This document shows positions 47,277-60,878 of a stretch of DNA of 64,000 nt, piece after piece. The DNA is from Nemertoderma westbladi (lineage: Eukaryota; Animalia; Xenacoelomorpha). The notes under the pieces were generated by a model. The model was given only the letters and a program-made list of their open reading frames with translations. It was not told where the DNA came from and searched no databases. Positions within the stretch are counted from its first letter, which is position 1. Every line of letters begins with the position of its first letter. The stretch is taken from NCBI GenBank assembly GCA_032718475.1, contig JAUCBJ010006622.1, forward strand, positions 19,522 to 83,521, read 5' to 3'. The translations under genes and the position numbers were made by a program.

Positions 47277-47949
47277 TGCAGTTCTTAGCCAAAACTACAT
47301 TTTCTAGACCATACTTTGATATAGTGGAGCGGAGATAGGTGTTGGTCGACTCTAAGTGACATCATTCTTTTAAAACTGGCATAACAACCCGTTACTATGG
47401 GAATATTAATGTTATTCTTATAATGTTACTATTTAGTTAGCTCAAATATAACTCAAAATGTGGAGAAAAAGAAGTACCTACTTTTTTCCCTAGGGAATAA
47501 TAGTTAATCATACAGTAGGCCTAGGATTGCATTGAGCTTACTTTTAATGGAGAAATTCCACGAAAAATATTTTCACATTTACATTTTTCGTGGAATTTCT
47601 TAAACTTTATTACATGTGTTGAAAGAGCATCGAAATAGAAAATGTTTGTAGCTTTCCACGTAGTTTGAGCAAAATCCGAAACTCAATAGTAAGTAATATA
47701 TGTATATATATATATAGATTGGCAATGTAAGCCAATAATATGAGCTCAAGTACTGCAATACTGGCCAGCTGGCTGCTGTAGTGTGCAGCGCATTGAACTA
47801 AGCTAAGACTATACAGCTATAGAGATACTTTCCTAAATGCCAGCTAAACAGAAACAAGGCACCAGGGACTATCCCATTGGCTCTGGGCACTGGGCAGACT
47901 TGTTTGGAAACACATATCCATACCAAACAGCCTATATATAGCCTTGCAG

Positions 47950-47985
<36 letters not shown>

Positions 47986-48294
47986 GCTTATAGCTTAGGA
48001 GCCAATTATTGTTGAACTGAGGGTTTGCGTTGACTCACTGGCCCATAGGTATGTATAGTAGTAGACTGTGGGTCGGGTGCCCCGCCGACGGTGGCTCTGC
48101 TTATTGGTTGCTCTCGGTTATACTTGAATGGATCTATCTGTAAGGCAATAAATTGTTATACACAGTAAGTAATAGTGTGGGCTTGCATGAGCTCTGCTTT
48201 CTGGTCTTCTTGCTATGTTGGGAAAAATATTATTTGTTCATCAGGGTCAAAAATTTTAATATTGTATATCTGTAAAATAATATCTTTTTTTCTA

Positions 48295-48384
48295 ACTTAC
48301 GGGCCCCTTCCAACTTACTGACTTACGGGCCCCCGGCAGCTGCCCCTGTTGCCCCCCCCCCCCCCCCCCCATAATCCGTCCCTG
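48295..48384. mobile_element. hAT-type MITE end
   Basis: gggcccc repeats, gcccc...taatccgtccctg terminus; partner end not found. Confidence 0.35.
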
Positions 48385-48529
48385 AGTGCAGGATACATTA
48401 CTGTTAAAAGCATTTGATGGTTGTGGGTTGTTTATTGAACATACTGTATTGTGTCTTATTTTAGTACTGGCGCGTTTGGAATACGTAGGCCTCTACTAAT
48501 GATAAAAGACGTATAGGCATAGTTATGGG

Positions 48530-48700
48530 TAGCACCTACGCGTAGGTCGCGTAGGACCTACGCGTAGATACGCATAGCACCTACGCGTAGTTATTGTTTA
48601 AACTCTGAAACTGGTGATATATGACCCAATGTTGCGAACTACGCGTAGCCACGCGTAGCTAAGCGTAGGCCTACAGTCCTACGCGTCTGCGCGTAGGTCG
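48530..48700. repeat. Cluster of CTACGCGTAG palindromes (MITE-like)
   Basis: About ten (t)acgcgta(g) motifs in two groups. Confidence 0.6.
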
Positions 48701-48755
48701 AAAAGATTTACCCCAGAACAGAAGTACCGCAACCGCAGTCAGGCAGTACCGGTTG

Positions 48756-49773
48756 CCGGTGTCACAAGGAAATCAGCCCCCCCTAGCCCTAGAATATGCC
48801 CCCCGGGGCATTATTTCCTAGGATATTATGTCCCCCCGGGCAATTTTTCCTAGGAAATTTAGCCCGGGGGGGCATTTTCTCCTTAGGAAATAATGCCTCC
48901 CCTCAGGAAAATTAGCCCCCCTCAAAAGTCTGAAAAGTGGTACGATACCGGTCTGCTGGTAGCCACTTTTAATCTACCAACTGCAGAACTTGTAGTAGTT
49001 GGAAGAATAGTACGGTACCGGTCTGCCGGTAGGTAAGCAGGTAAGGCAGTAGCCTAAGGGATGTAGAACAGCATACTGAAGTATCTAAGTCAGTAGGCTA
49101 CTGTAGTAACTACTGGTATAACAGCAGTGCGAGTGTGTGGTGTTGTGTGGGCGCCGAGCAGCTCCAAGCTTTTTTAAGTCTGTAACCTGCTCCTTTCCCT
49201 GATTTGGTAAAGTGATTGTTTATTGTTTTGGTATTGTTTTAGTTTTGGTAAATCCCGCCTCTGTATCCTGTTCCTTTCCCTCAATTAGTTAGGTGATCGT
49301 TTATTGTTTTGGTTAGGAAATCCCGCCTCTGTAACCTGCTCCTTTCTCTCAATTGGTAATGTTATCGTTTATTGTTTTGGTTAGAAAATCCCGTCTCTGT
49401 AACCTGCTCCTTTCCCTGATTTGCTAAAGTGACTGTTTATTGTTTTGGTTAGAAAATCCCGCCTCTGTAACCTGCTCCTTTCCCTCAATTAGTTAAATGA
49501 TCGTTTATTGTTTTGGTTAGAAAGGCCTGCCTCTGTAAACTGCTCCTTTCCTTCATTTGGTAAAGTGACTGTTTATTGTTTTGTATAATTTTTGTAAGTT
49601 TTAGTAGTAATAAGTTTTGTTTATTGTATAATTCAGGGGGGGCATAATTTCCTAAGGCTGTAAGGGGGGGCATTTTTTCCTAGGGAAATTTACCCGGGGG
49701 GGCATTTTTTCCTAGGAAAATATGCCCCCCCCGGGCACATTTCCCGGGGGGGCATATTTTCCTGTTACACCGG
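48756..49773. mobile_element. Foldback element with poly-C/G subterminal repeats enclosing a satellite array
   Basis: ccggtgtcacaaggaaat / attttcctgttacaccgg termini; repeated cctaggaaa..gcccccc motifs on both arms; no clear TSD. Confidence 0.7.
49180..49582. repeat. Second array of the ~59-bp satellite (~6-7 units)
   Basis: Same unit as 5286-5920. Confidence 0.92.
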
Positions 49774-50694
49774 TCACTGGGTCATGTGCTGAAGTAAGCC
49801 CACTGGCTGACTGGCAACTACCTGACTACCGGTAGCGTTTCTTTGTTGTAAGAAGTTTTGTTAGGATAGGCCTAGCCTAACTACTGAACTATAATCAGAT
49901 AATGTCTTGTGGGTCCCTACACAGCTACATCCCTAGCCACTAACTGCTGAACTGTGCACTGCCTAAGTTCAGAAGTTAAAACATAGGCCTACCCGAAATA
50001 TGGGTACGTTATTGCATGTATTGATCGGGTAGGCCTACTACGTTTTAATCAAAGTACTTTTGTCCTGTAACCACTGACTGCCTGAACCCTGCTGCCCTGG
50101 GCCCGGCAGACCGGTGCCGGTATAGTGTTGCGAGTTGCGACCAGCAGTCTTTCAGCATGTTCAGACAGTTAAGAGTTAGAACGGGTCCGACGAATTTGTA
50201 CAAAAAAATACAAAATAGTACAATATAGTACAAAAGAATACAAAAGAGTACAATAAAGTGCTAAAATAGTACAAACGAGTGCTAAAATAGTACAAACGAG
50301 TGCAAAAATAGTACAAAAAGAGTACAAACGATTGAGAAACGCTTGCAAAACGTGTATCCAAGTGTAGTTCAAATCGTTTAGGGGGGCGCACATGATGCAG
50401 TGATGTGCAAAATAAAACAAAGCATTGTCTGATTGTGGGGCGAGCCATGCATTGAGCGGGGGCTGATCTAGCTGTGTTTTAATGCAACTTTTTGTGTTCA
50501 AAAAACGGTCCCAAGCCCGCAAAATTGCAGAGGGAGAAATAAAGTTGCAGATAGAGGCGTACACACATAGCCTACACATAATGCAGTAAAGTACCGGTAG
50601 CATACAGTCTGTCCTTCCTTCAGTATATGGGCTACTTTAAGACTATTAGATAATGTTTACAGTACTGTATGTTTTACAGAACTCAATTACTGTG

Positions 50695-53600
50695 GTTTCT
50701 ATTTTTCTATTTCTATTTCTATTTTTCGATAACAATTTTTCACACACAATGCATGCTATAGGAAGTAATGAGATAATAATATTACCAGTTAAGCTATTAT
50801 TTCAACCACCATACACAACATAAACACACTATTCTACAACTACTATAACTATATAATTGTAATATATTACAGTAGGTAAATAAAAATACTAAGAAATGTT
50901 ACAGTTATTTGGACAATAAAACAAAATATAAGATTTATTAATTTGAATTTAAAATGTAATTTTTCAACCTATTTTTAAAACTACCTATGCTATTTGACTG
51001 TCGCACTATAAGTGGTAAACTGTTCCATATTATTGGCGAAACGGAGTAAATAGATTGTTCACGGACTCTACTTGAATTACGAAATCGAAAGCAATTTTGA
51101 AATTGGGCGTTTCTGGTTTGATGATTATGTATAGATGAAACCGGTGTGAGGAGGGAAGGAAAAACACCACGGGGAAGTAAACCATTGACATACTTGTAGG
51201 AAATCAATGCAATTTGAAAGATAAAGATTTTACCTATTGATAATGGTGCAAATGAAGGGTCACGTCGATTTATAATATTTTGGACTTTCTGTTGCTTCTT
51301 ATGCAGAGTTGCAATTGAGATACGGGGAGAATCCGATGTACTCATTTTCTTTCGTTTTTTTCGCCTTTGCCGTGGGTGAGGCAGTGGATTAGTAAGTGGG
51401 TGATTGGATATGTCCAGGGTTGACTTTCCCCATACCGATGTACAATAAAACAAATAGGGATGGATTAGTGCATAATACAAATGTGATAATGCTTCAATAG
51501 ATGCAAAAGATTTGATCCTATTGATAACACCTATGTTCTTACAAATTTTATTATTATTTTATAAAAGTGGTGTTTCCAATTTAATTTTTCATCAATTATT
51601 ACTCCCAAAAATTTGGCATATTTGACCTGTTGTATTTGTACGTTATTAATAGATAATGATTCACCTGGCGATATCGCTTTGTTACCTGGTTGGAAAAGAA
51701 TGAAATTGGTTTTATCTAAATTTAAAGATAATCGATTGGCACAAAACCACTGATTAATTTTTTCGAGTTCAATGTTTGTATTTCTAATAAGGTTGGAGAT
51801 GTTAGCGTCACCATTTACAATGTTGGTGTCATCAGCAAAAAGTATGAAATTTAAAATACGGGATATATTGGTTAAGTCATTGAAATACAGCAAGAATAAC
51901 AGAGGCCCTAATATAGATCCCTGCGGAACACCACATTCTATGTTTACTAAATCAGATATTTTGCCGTCAATGACAACAAACTGTTTTCGATCCTGCAAAT
52001 AATTTTCAAACCATTTCAAAGCAGTTCCATTGATCCCATAATGTTTCAATTTTTTTAGTAAAATATTATGGTTAACAGTATCAAAGGCCTTAGAAAGGTC
52101 AATTGATACTGCTAATGCTATATTTTTTTTATCAATATGTGAAGTAATTTTATCCAAAAGAGTTAGTAATGCTAATTCAGTAGATCTGTTCAACCGAAAA
52201 CCAAATTGTGAGTGGGATAATATGTCTTGAAGTTCTAAGTATTCTAAAAGTTAATTTTGTACCACTTTCTCTAAAAGCTTTGAAAAAAATGGGAGAACTG
52301 AAATTGGTCGATAGTTTATAGGGGAAGTGGCATCGTTAGCTTTAAATACTGGAATTACTTTTGCGATTTTGAGATCATCGGGAACTATTCCAGTGCGAAG
52401 GGAGGAGTTGATTATATAGGTAATGGGTTTGATTATAGCAGACAGGGTTGGCATAGCAACAGTGGCGTTGATGTCATCATGCCCAGGGCTAGTCTTGGCT
52501 TTCAAATTATTTGCAGTAAGTAAAATATCTGATATTGAGACTTCCTGAAATTCAATAAGACGATTAGGTTTAGAGGGTGAAGATAAATATTGTAAAGGGC
52601 ATTGAGATACAGTTGGAATTTTTGATTCAAGATTTTTTCCAACATTGGCATAATAGTTATTTAATGCTGATGCTATTTTACGAGGTTCAGTTTCAGATTG
52701 AGAATTGTGAATAATAAGTCGGGGAGCAGAATTTTTTGATATTTTACGATTGATTAGAAAATTTATAGATTGCCATAATTGTCTTATCGTTTGTTTTTTA
52801 CCGTCAAGGGCATTTTGAAAATATTTTACTTTTGCGGTTCTAATAATGTTTCTTAGTGCATTACGATAGGTAGTAAATTTTTCTCTACTCGCTAATGAAC
52901 GTTTATTCAACCACTGTCGGTAGAGTCTATCCTTTTTATGTATACAATGTAACAAATTTTCAGGAATCCATGGGGTTTTAGGGTTGGAGATTTTAATGCG
53001 CTTAATAGGGAAGGACTCGTTATACAGCTTGCTATAGGTTGATATAAAGGCTTTATACAAACCGTCAGTGTCATTCTCATTTATTTCCATCAACAATATA
53101 GATTCCCAGTCAGTTTCAGTTAATTTTCGTTTAAATTCATTAATTTGATCAGGAAGACTCTGTCGCTTAAATATAAATTTTTTATTTTTATTTGATAGAG
53201 GTGAATTTGATGATAAGGAGCTTAATAAGAATATTGGTAGGTGGTCTGTAATCCCAGTAACCAGAATACCAGATTTTGATGAATTGGCAAATGTGTTAAC
53301 AAAAATATTATCAATGAGAGTGGCTGTAGTTTCTGTTATTCTAGTGGGTTTGGAAATAGTCGGATGGAAATTATAAGAAGTCATAAGGTTGAAAAAGTCA
53401 GTTGATTGTGTATGTCGATCTATTTTAAGAAGGTCAATATTCCAGTCCCCCATGATATAGCATACCTTGCCCTCCTCGTTAATTTTATTTAAGACAGTAT
53501 CTAGTGCTTTAATGCTGTCGTGAATACATCGGCCTGGGGGACGATAAATAACTCCAAGGATTATATTTTTTTGTTTTTGTTGAGGAATTTCAACAAAAAC

Positions 53601-53848
53601 AGTTTCTATGTCAGCGCAGTTATTTTTCGAAAGATCCTTTCTAGGCTTTACTGCAATTGAGTCTTTTACATATAGACCAACACCACCGCCTTCCTGGTTT
53701 TCCCTACAAAAGGTATAAGATTTAAATCCTGGAAATTCATATGTTTTCAGGTCATGTTTGTCGTCATGTAACCAAGTTTCCGAAATCCCAATAGCATCAA
53801 ATTTACAGTCTAGTTGAATTAAGTAATTGCTAATATCATCAAAATATG
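50695..53848 (-). mobile_element. 5'-truncated CR1/L2-group LINE
   Basis: APE-RT remnants; 3' tail (ATAGAA)n at ~50695-50725. Confidence 0.9.
50938..53848 (-). pseudogene. LINE ORF2 (APE + RT), disrupted
   Basis: GISETWL, GGGVGLYV, IYRPP, GDWNIDLL, IDNIF, TDHLPI, NYRPISVL, DLSKAFD, GVPQGSILGP, FADDT; stop at 52251, frameshift near 51555. Confidence 0.9.
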
Positions 53849-55545
53849 CAGTACATATATATTACATAATTACAATGCAACATCATTTTAATGATCAAAT
53901 TAATTATTATAAGTATTATAAGCAGGGATCGCAGATCGCACACGTACAGTCAGACATCAGTAGTTACTTTTTGCGGTAGTGGTATGGCTTTGCGGTAGCC
54001 TTACTGCCTTAGTGGTGTATACCGCAGTAGCGGTAGTTGAGTTATAGCTGTATAGTTCATACATACCCATACCTGTGGTATTTTCGTATGGCAAAAATAA
54101 GACTACTGTAAACTGTAACCTATTATGTTATTGAGTTAATGTTTATTGGCTAATTGTTTTGATTGGGTTCACTGTGTCAAGTACAATGCACACATCTCCA
54201 ACCAGACACTATATAACATTGATGTTGGAGGTGTCTCATTAGTTCCCCCAAGCTTGACACTAGAACAAAGCCGCCTCCGATTTGCAGGACATTGCTTTCG
54301 TCATGAGGACCAGCCAGTGCACCTCATGGAGTAAATAAGCATGGTGGACAGCCCATGACTTTCTTGAGACGCATCTTTCAGTCTTTCTTACTGTCTCAAA
54401 GGACACTGGCCTTGAAGATGCGGATGATCTGATAGCAAATGTCATGGGTGATAAGGCTGTAAGAGTGTAAGGGAGTTGTGGAGGCGCACTTCTGTCAATA
54501 AGCCGGCACAGCATTCTTAATAGGGCCTATATATATAAAATGCAGCTGCAATGCAGCATGCCGATTGCTGGATTGTAGTTAGTAGTATGTGGTGATAGGG
54601 CTCCCTCAATTGGTAAAGTCAAAAGTGGCCGTTTATTGTTTTAGTTAGAAAAGCCTGCCTCTGTCTGTCTGTAACCTGTCCCTTTCCCTCCATTGGTTTA
54701 TGACGTGTGTTACTTCTGTAGGCTACTTCTTATGTGGAGACCCCAACACGTTAATCAGTTAATCCCGTTTCATTATCCATCCGATTTCAAATACCCTCCC
54801 TGATGTATGGAAAAATTAGAAGAGATGGTGGTAGCATCAACTTGTAGTATTTCTTTCTGATAGGGCTCCCATAAGCTTAGACGAAATCGTAGCGTGTACT
54901 GTAGTAAGCCCTAGCAGCAGCTGCAGTTGGCAAACCTGGCATTGCTACCAGTTTCCACCAAATATAATTTGTAATTAAATATTTCTTGGAGCATAATCTA
55001 ATCTAGTCCTAAAGACTCTAAAGTCCTGGGTACATAAGGCTGTAAGGTTAGACATAACATGAATGTAAACTAAACAATATGCTAAAAGTAAAGTACAAAG
55101 TACCTAGAATGCTAGAATGTACCATTATATTCTAAGTACAGTTACATTGAAGATACATACAGAGAGCTGCAAAGGTAACTTTCCATAACTTAATAGCTGT
55201 CTGGCTGTCTCTCATCTGTTATGCTTCATGTACATTTAAGTTAGATTCTCAATGTCGTGTCCAAAATTGGACGTAAAGTCCAATATTGGACTTTTGTAAA
55301 AATTCAAAGCCTTATAAAAAAAGTTCCCCCTGGTGAATTTCAGGTCCCCCTGTTCAAAACTCTTATTTTTTGATATATTTTCGATTAAAAGAAAAAAATC
55401 CCGCCCGATCCAATTACCGAAGGCCCTGGAACAATTGGCTGATTTGAAGTCCAATATTGGACTCACAGAAGTCCAATTTTGGACTTGAACTGGAGTCGAA
55501 GTCCAATTTTGGACTCAAGTCCAATTTTTGACTTCTCACCGACTG
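53849..55545 (-). mobile_element. Truncated inverted copy of the 56308-58209 element
   Basis: Reverse complement of 56308-58051 with small indels; one terminus (...tctcaccgactg) at 55545. Confidence 0.9.
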
Positions 55546-56307
55546 GTAGGTGGTGGTTCCAACTTTAGAGTCTCCAGTTGCCAGTCATATAGAATAACTA
55601 ACAAAAGAATCAAGTCCACATATATTGTATAAACCACGTCAACCTGTCAACCTTTGCGGCAACATTTGTCTGTGCTCCAAACTGATGGTACAGTATTCCA
55701 ATTGACAGATAGAGCTAGGACAGGCGAATATTACATAAGTCTTCAGGCTATCAGGAGAGGAATGGCTTCATTTGATATACAAAGTGTTAAAGAGGACATC
55801 AACAACCAGAAAACATATTTTTTTCCGAAGATGTGTGATATGAATGATGAACAGAACAGATGAATGCCAGAATATGTAAACTTCCAAATTCTGGAATTGA
55901 TTCAACATCCACAAGATATAGTAGGTCTTCCTGAGTCTGTGACTGTGCAGCTGTGTGAGCTTGAATCTCGCAACAGTGAGGATTTGGTCTACTGTTCTTC
56001 TTACCAACAGTAAGGCTGTAAGGATAGAGTCTCTAGTCTTCTGCATTTTTCTCACCAATCACTAACGGAGTTAACAATCATTAAAGTTATTGACTGTAAG
56101 TTACTGTGCTGTAAGGTTAAGCCTACCCTGCATACATGTCATGTCACAGGTTACACTGGTCACCCATTCTCACCAAGCTCTATAAGCACTAATCAGCAAA
56201 GCCTACTGCTGACAGGCTGGTGATGTTGTAAAGGCTGGCGAAATTTGAGGTTTTGTCTCAAATTTGAGGTTTAACCTCAAATTTCAATTTTCGCCCCCAA
56301 TAAAAGC

Positions 56308-58209
56308 CAGTCGGTGAGAAGTCAAAAATTGGACTTGAGTCCAAAATTGGACTTCGACTCCAGTTCAAGTCCAAAATTGGACTTCTGTGAGTCCAATATT
56401 GGACTTCAAATCAGCCAATTGTTCCAGGGCCTTGGGTAATTGGATCGGGCGGGATTTTTTTTCTTTAATCGAAAATATATCAAAAAATAAGAGTTTTGAA
56501 CAGGGGGACCTGAAATTCACCAGGGGGAACTTTTTTTATAAGGCTTTGAATTTTTACAAAAGTCCAATATTGGACTTTAAGTCCAATTTTGGACGTGACA
56601 TTGAGAATCGAACTTAAAGGTACATGAAGCATGACAGATGAGAGACAGCCAGACAGCTGTTAAGTTATGGAAAGTTACCTTTGCAGCTCTGTATGTATCT
56701 GCAGTGTAATGACTGTACTGTACTTAGAATATAATGGTACATTCTAGCATTCTAGGTACTTTGTACTTTACTTTTAGCATATTGTTTAGTTTACAATTTA
56801 CATTCATGTTATGTCTAACCTTACAGCCTTATGTACCCAGGACTTTATAGTGTCTTTAGGACTAGATTAGATTATGCTCCAACAAATATTTAATTACAAA
56901 TTATATTTGGTGGATACTGGTAGCAATGCCAGGTTAGCCAACTGCAGCTGCTGCTAAGGCTAACTACAGTACAAGCTACGATTTCGTCTAAGGCTATGGG
57001 AGCCCTATCAGAAAGAAATACTACAAGTTGATGCTACCACCATCTCTTCTAATTTTTCCATACAACAGGAAGGGTATTATAAAACGGCTGGATAACAGGA
57101 TAATGAAATGGGATTAGTAACTGATTAACGTGTTGGGGTCTCCACATAATAAGTACAGAAGTAACAAGTAACACACGTCATAATCATAAACCAATTGAGG
57201 GAAAGGAACAGGTTACAGAGGCAGGCTTTTCTAACTAAAACAATAAACGGCCACTTTTGACTTTACCAATTGAAGGAGCCCTATAACCTCACCACATACT
57301 ACTACTACAATCGGCATGATTCATTGCAGCTGCATTATATATATAGGCCCTATTATGTATTAAGAATGCTGTGCCGGCTTGTTGACAAAAGTGCGCCTCC
57401 ACAACTCCCTTACACTCTTACAGCCTTATCACCCATGACATTTGCTAGATCATCCGCATCTTCAAGGCCAGTGTCCTTTAAGACAGTAAGAAAGATGCGT
57501 CTCAAGAAAGTCATGGGCTGTCCACCATGCTTATTCACTCCATGAGGTGCACTGGCTGGTCCTCACGGCTTAAAGCGATGTCCTGCAAAGCGGAGGCGGC
57601 TTTGTTCTAGTGTCAAGCTTGGGGGAACCAATGACTGAATGAGACACCTCCAACTCCAATGTTATATAGTGTCTGGTTGGAGATGCAGAGATGTGTGCAT
57701 TGTACTTGACACAGTGAACCTAATCAAAACAATTAGTCAATAAACATTAACTCAATAACATAATAGGTTACAGTTTACAGTAGTCTTATTTTTGCCATAC
57801 GAAAATACCACAGGTATGGCAGTATGGGTCTGTGGGTATGAATGAACTATACAGCTATAACTCAACTACGCTACCGCGGTATACACCGCTAAGGCAGTAA
57901 GGCTACCGAAAGTGCAAAGCTATACCACTACCGCAAAAAGTAACTACTGATGTCTGACTGTACGTGTGCGATCCCTGTTTATAATACATATAATAATTAA
58001 TTTGATCATTAAAATAATGTTGCATTGTAATTATGTAATATATATGTACTGATACGGGATGCCGTTTTGATTTAAATACCGATATACAGTATGGCAGCAT
58101 GGGTACACTTGGAGTTGTACTAAAGTCCAATATTGGACTTTGGAGTCCAAAATTGGACTTGAAGTCTAAAATTGGACTTGAAGTCCAATTTTTGACTTCT
58201 CACCGACTG
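56308..58209 (+). mobile_element. Non-autonomous DNA transposon with CAGTCGGTGAGAAGTC TIRs and 5-bp TSD
   Basis: aaagc|cagtcggtgagaagtcaaaaattggacttg ... tttgacttctcaccgactg|aaagc; subterminal agtccaaaattggact palindromes. Confidence 0.9.
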
Positions 58210-58918
58210 AAAGCATGTTTGCATCGGTGAAATATTTTATTGCATCGATAAAAGTTCTTATTTTACATAATATTTTAACATATTAAAAGTAGAAGTTGCT
58301 CCAATAGTTTCCCTAAGTCGCAGCAACACTCGATATTATGAGCCTAAAAATACCTCAAATTTGAACAAAAAACCCCAATTTTCGACAGTCTATTACCAGA
58401 ATTCGAAATTTGGGGTAACCCCAAAATTGATGATCTCCCTGACTGACTGTACTAGCGATCATTGCGATTACTCGTAATGACTTATGATAATATTCGCTAT
58501 TATGCATCATATTTATCTATGATCGCTGTTGTTATTAAATTGCTGAACTGTGCACTGTGATGATATATACTGATACGCCGACTATCAGACTGTCAGAAGT
58601 AAAGGAAATATACTAGTACACCGATTACCAGTAATCCATCATTGCAAAGTCGCCTACGCATTACAGCATTACCGGTACACCGATTACCAGTAATCCATCA
58701 TTGCAAAGTCACCTACGCATTACCGGTACGCCGATTATCGGGAGGCACTGCCCGCATTACTAGAACACTACCGGTACACTGTTTATCGGAACGTATTACC
58801 GGTACGCCGATTACCGGAAAACGTTATTGTACTAGGCCTACTGCTGTACTAGTACGCTGACCAAAGCGCCGATTATTTACAATTAAGCCCTAGGCTGCTA
58901 GGCTAATTTTCATTAATT

Positions 58919-59406
58919 ATGGTTCAACTACACTGCACTGCTTTACAAGGGGGCCAACCATGCCCCTATATGACAGAAGATGTTGCTGCTGAGGTGGCTA
59001 TACAAATACTTACAATGCATCAAACTAATGTTCACGGTGCAGCTGCTACTGTAGGGCAACAAGCTGCAATGGGTGGTCCAAAAGCTGAAAAGGTCAAACG
59101 ACCGATCTTGGAGAGTGGAAATACATTAGAGAAATGGAACTATTTTGTATGTAGTCATACCACCATTGCTAAGAACTGAGGTTTTAGAAGCTCTACATTC
59201 AGCACATCAAGGTGTAACATCAATGGTGTCACGCGCTACCTCATCTGTATTCTGGCCAGGCATTACTCCGGATATTACTAATATGCGCTCACACTGTTCT
59301 GCATGTAATCAAATGGCCCCGTCACAACCCAATCAACCACAAATGCCGATGGTTTACCCCGAATACCCATTTCAATGCATCTGTGCTGACTATGCTCATA
59401 TCGAGG
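58919..59406 (+). pseudogene. Gypsy remnant: gag N-terminus joined to the integrase zinc-binding domain
   Basis: KAEKVKRP..LEKWNYF followed directly by VVIPPLLR..LHSAHQG...VFWPG...CSAC..PFQCICADY; cut off by the hAT terminus at 59407. Confidence 0.75.
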
Positions 59407-59519
59407 CAGGGGCGGTTCTAGGATTTTGCTTGGGGGGGGGCAATATATTAAATTTACCAAGAACGATTTTTCGGACTTGTAAATGGCTCCACGCAAGCCG
59501 TGGAGTCCAATCTGGACAC

Positions 59520-60636
59520 GTTTATAAAGGGTCCTACTAAATACTACAAAAAGCACAAAACAAGCACAAAAAAGCACAAAAAAGTCAAGAAAAGCACAAA
59601 AAAGCACAAAAAAGCACAAAAAAGTAAAAAAAAAGCACAAAAAAAGTAAAAAAAAAGCACAAAAAAACACTCTCACATCAAGAGAGATGGGGGGGGGGGG
59701 GGGGGGGCGAAAATATGAGAGATATTGTTACAGACACCCCCTTCCCCCCTGGCATATAAGATAAGTACGCATGAACTCCTAAACAACATTGCAAACAATC
59801 TGGCAGTTATAGAAATTTCAAAGTATACAGTAGTGTTACAACAGCAGTGGTTAAACCCAGGCAGGAACCGTGTTTCCAACAGACGCAGATATCGTAACCA
59901 ATGACCAAGGCAGTTCCGACCTAAGCGAGATTCTTGCAAGTATGACTATGACTAATATCATCATACTTGTCCTCAGACGTTATCGATCGCCCACTCGAGA
60001 GGTTCGGGCAGACCGTGATGTGATATAATTGTACAGTATGTCGATTTATCGGTGAATAAAGGCATTCCAATAATAGAATAATCGCGATTTCGGTCAACAC
60101 TGACATATCCAGTTTACAAGCGCCTATGCTGCGTTGCTACATCGTTACAAGTAATTAACCAGAACGCTGATAAGTTGACATAATGTGACAAGACAATAAC
60201 AAAGTCTACTACAGTATTATAAGTTCTATCCTGATATTTGAATTGAACCATCTTTACATACTGACATTAGCCTGATATTGCACTAGGGTGCTCGTGGTAG
60301 GGCTGTACCTGTAAGTGCTAGTGCTGGACGCTGGTACTCACTCACTGGCAGCTATATGACATGAATGATGAAAGCATACTGGACAAGGACATGTGATTAT
60401 CCTTCCGGTAGCCTAGACACTACTGCACTACATGATATTGCTTCTATCATCTGTTCTATTACAAGCTCAATAAACATCTATCAGTTTGCTTTTTTGTGCT
60501 TTTTTTTACTTTTTTGTGCTTTTTTTTACTTTTTTTGTGCTTTTTTGTGCCTTTTTTGTGCTTTTCTTGACTTTTTTGTGCTTTTTTGTGCTTGTTTTGT
60601 GCTTTTTGTAGTATTTAGTAGGACCCTTTATAAACG
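59520..60636. mobile_element. Foldback element with (AAAAAGCAC)n arms nested in the hAT element
   Basis: cgtttataaagggtcctactaaatactacaaaaagcac... (59520-59670) is inverted at 60485-60636. Confidence 0.75.
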
Positions 60637-60878
60637 CCAGATTTAATTCGTTCCAACATAAACATTCCCAACAACTTGTCTACTCTGAACATTGTGAACC
60701 TGATTTATATTAAATTCAATGCTCAACAATGCAGTACAAAGCGGTGGTACACAGTATCATGGTGGAACCGATAGCGTTACCCCCCCCCCCCCCCCCCCCC
60801 CCCCCCAACATCAGATAACAAATATGATATTTAAATTTTCTACAAAAATGCCTTTGCAATTATGAACAAACAACTGAA

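Noticed and set aside
47952-47981. Long poly-G run (poly-C also at ~48352 and ~60780)
   Set aside because: Homopolymers of uncertain length with no functional evidence
59278-60646. Phe/Cys-rich ORFs (similar low-complexity ORFs at 50169-50603, 6066-6395 and 62927-63840)
   Set aside because: Translations of low-complexity or tandem repeats
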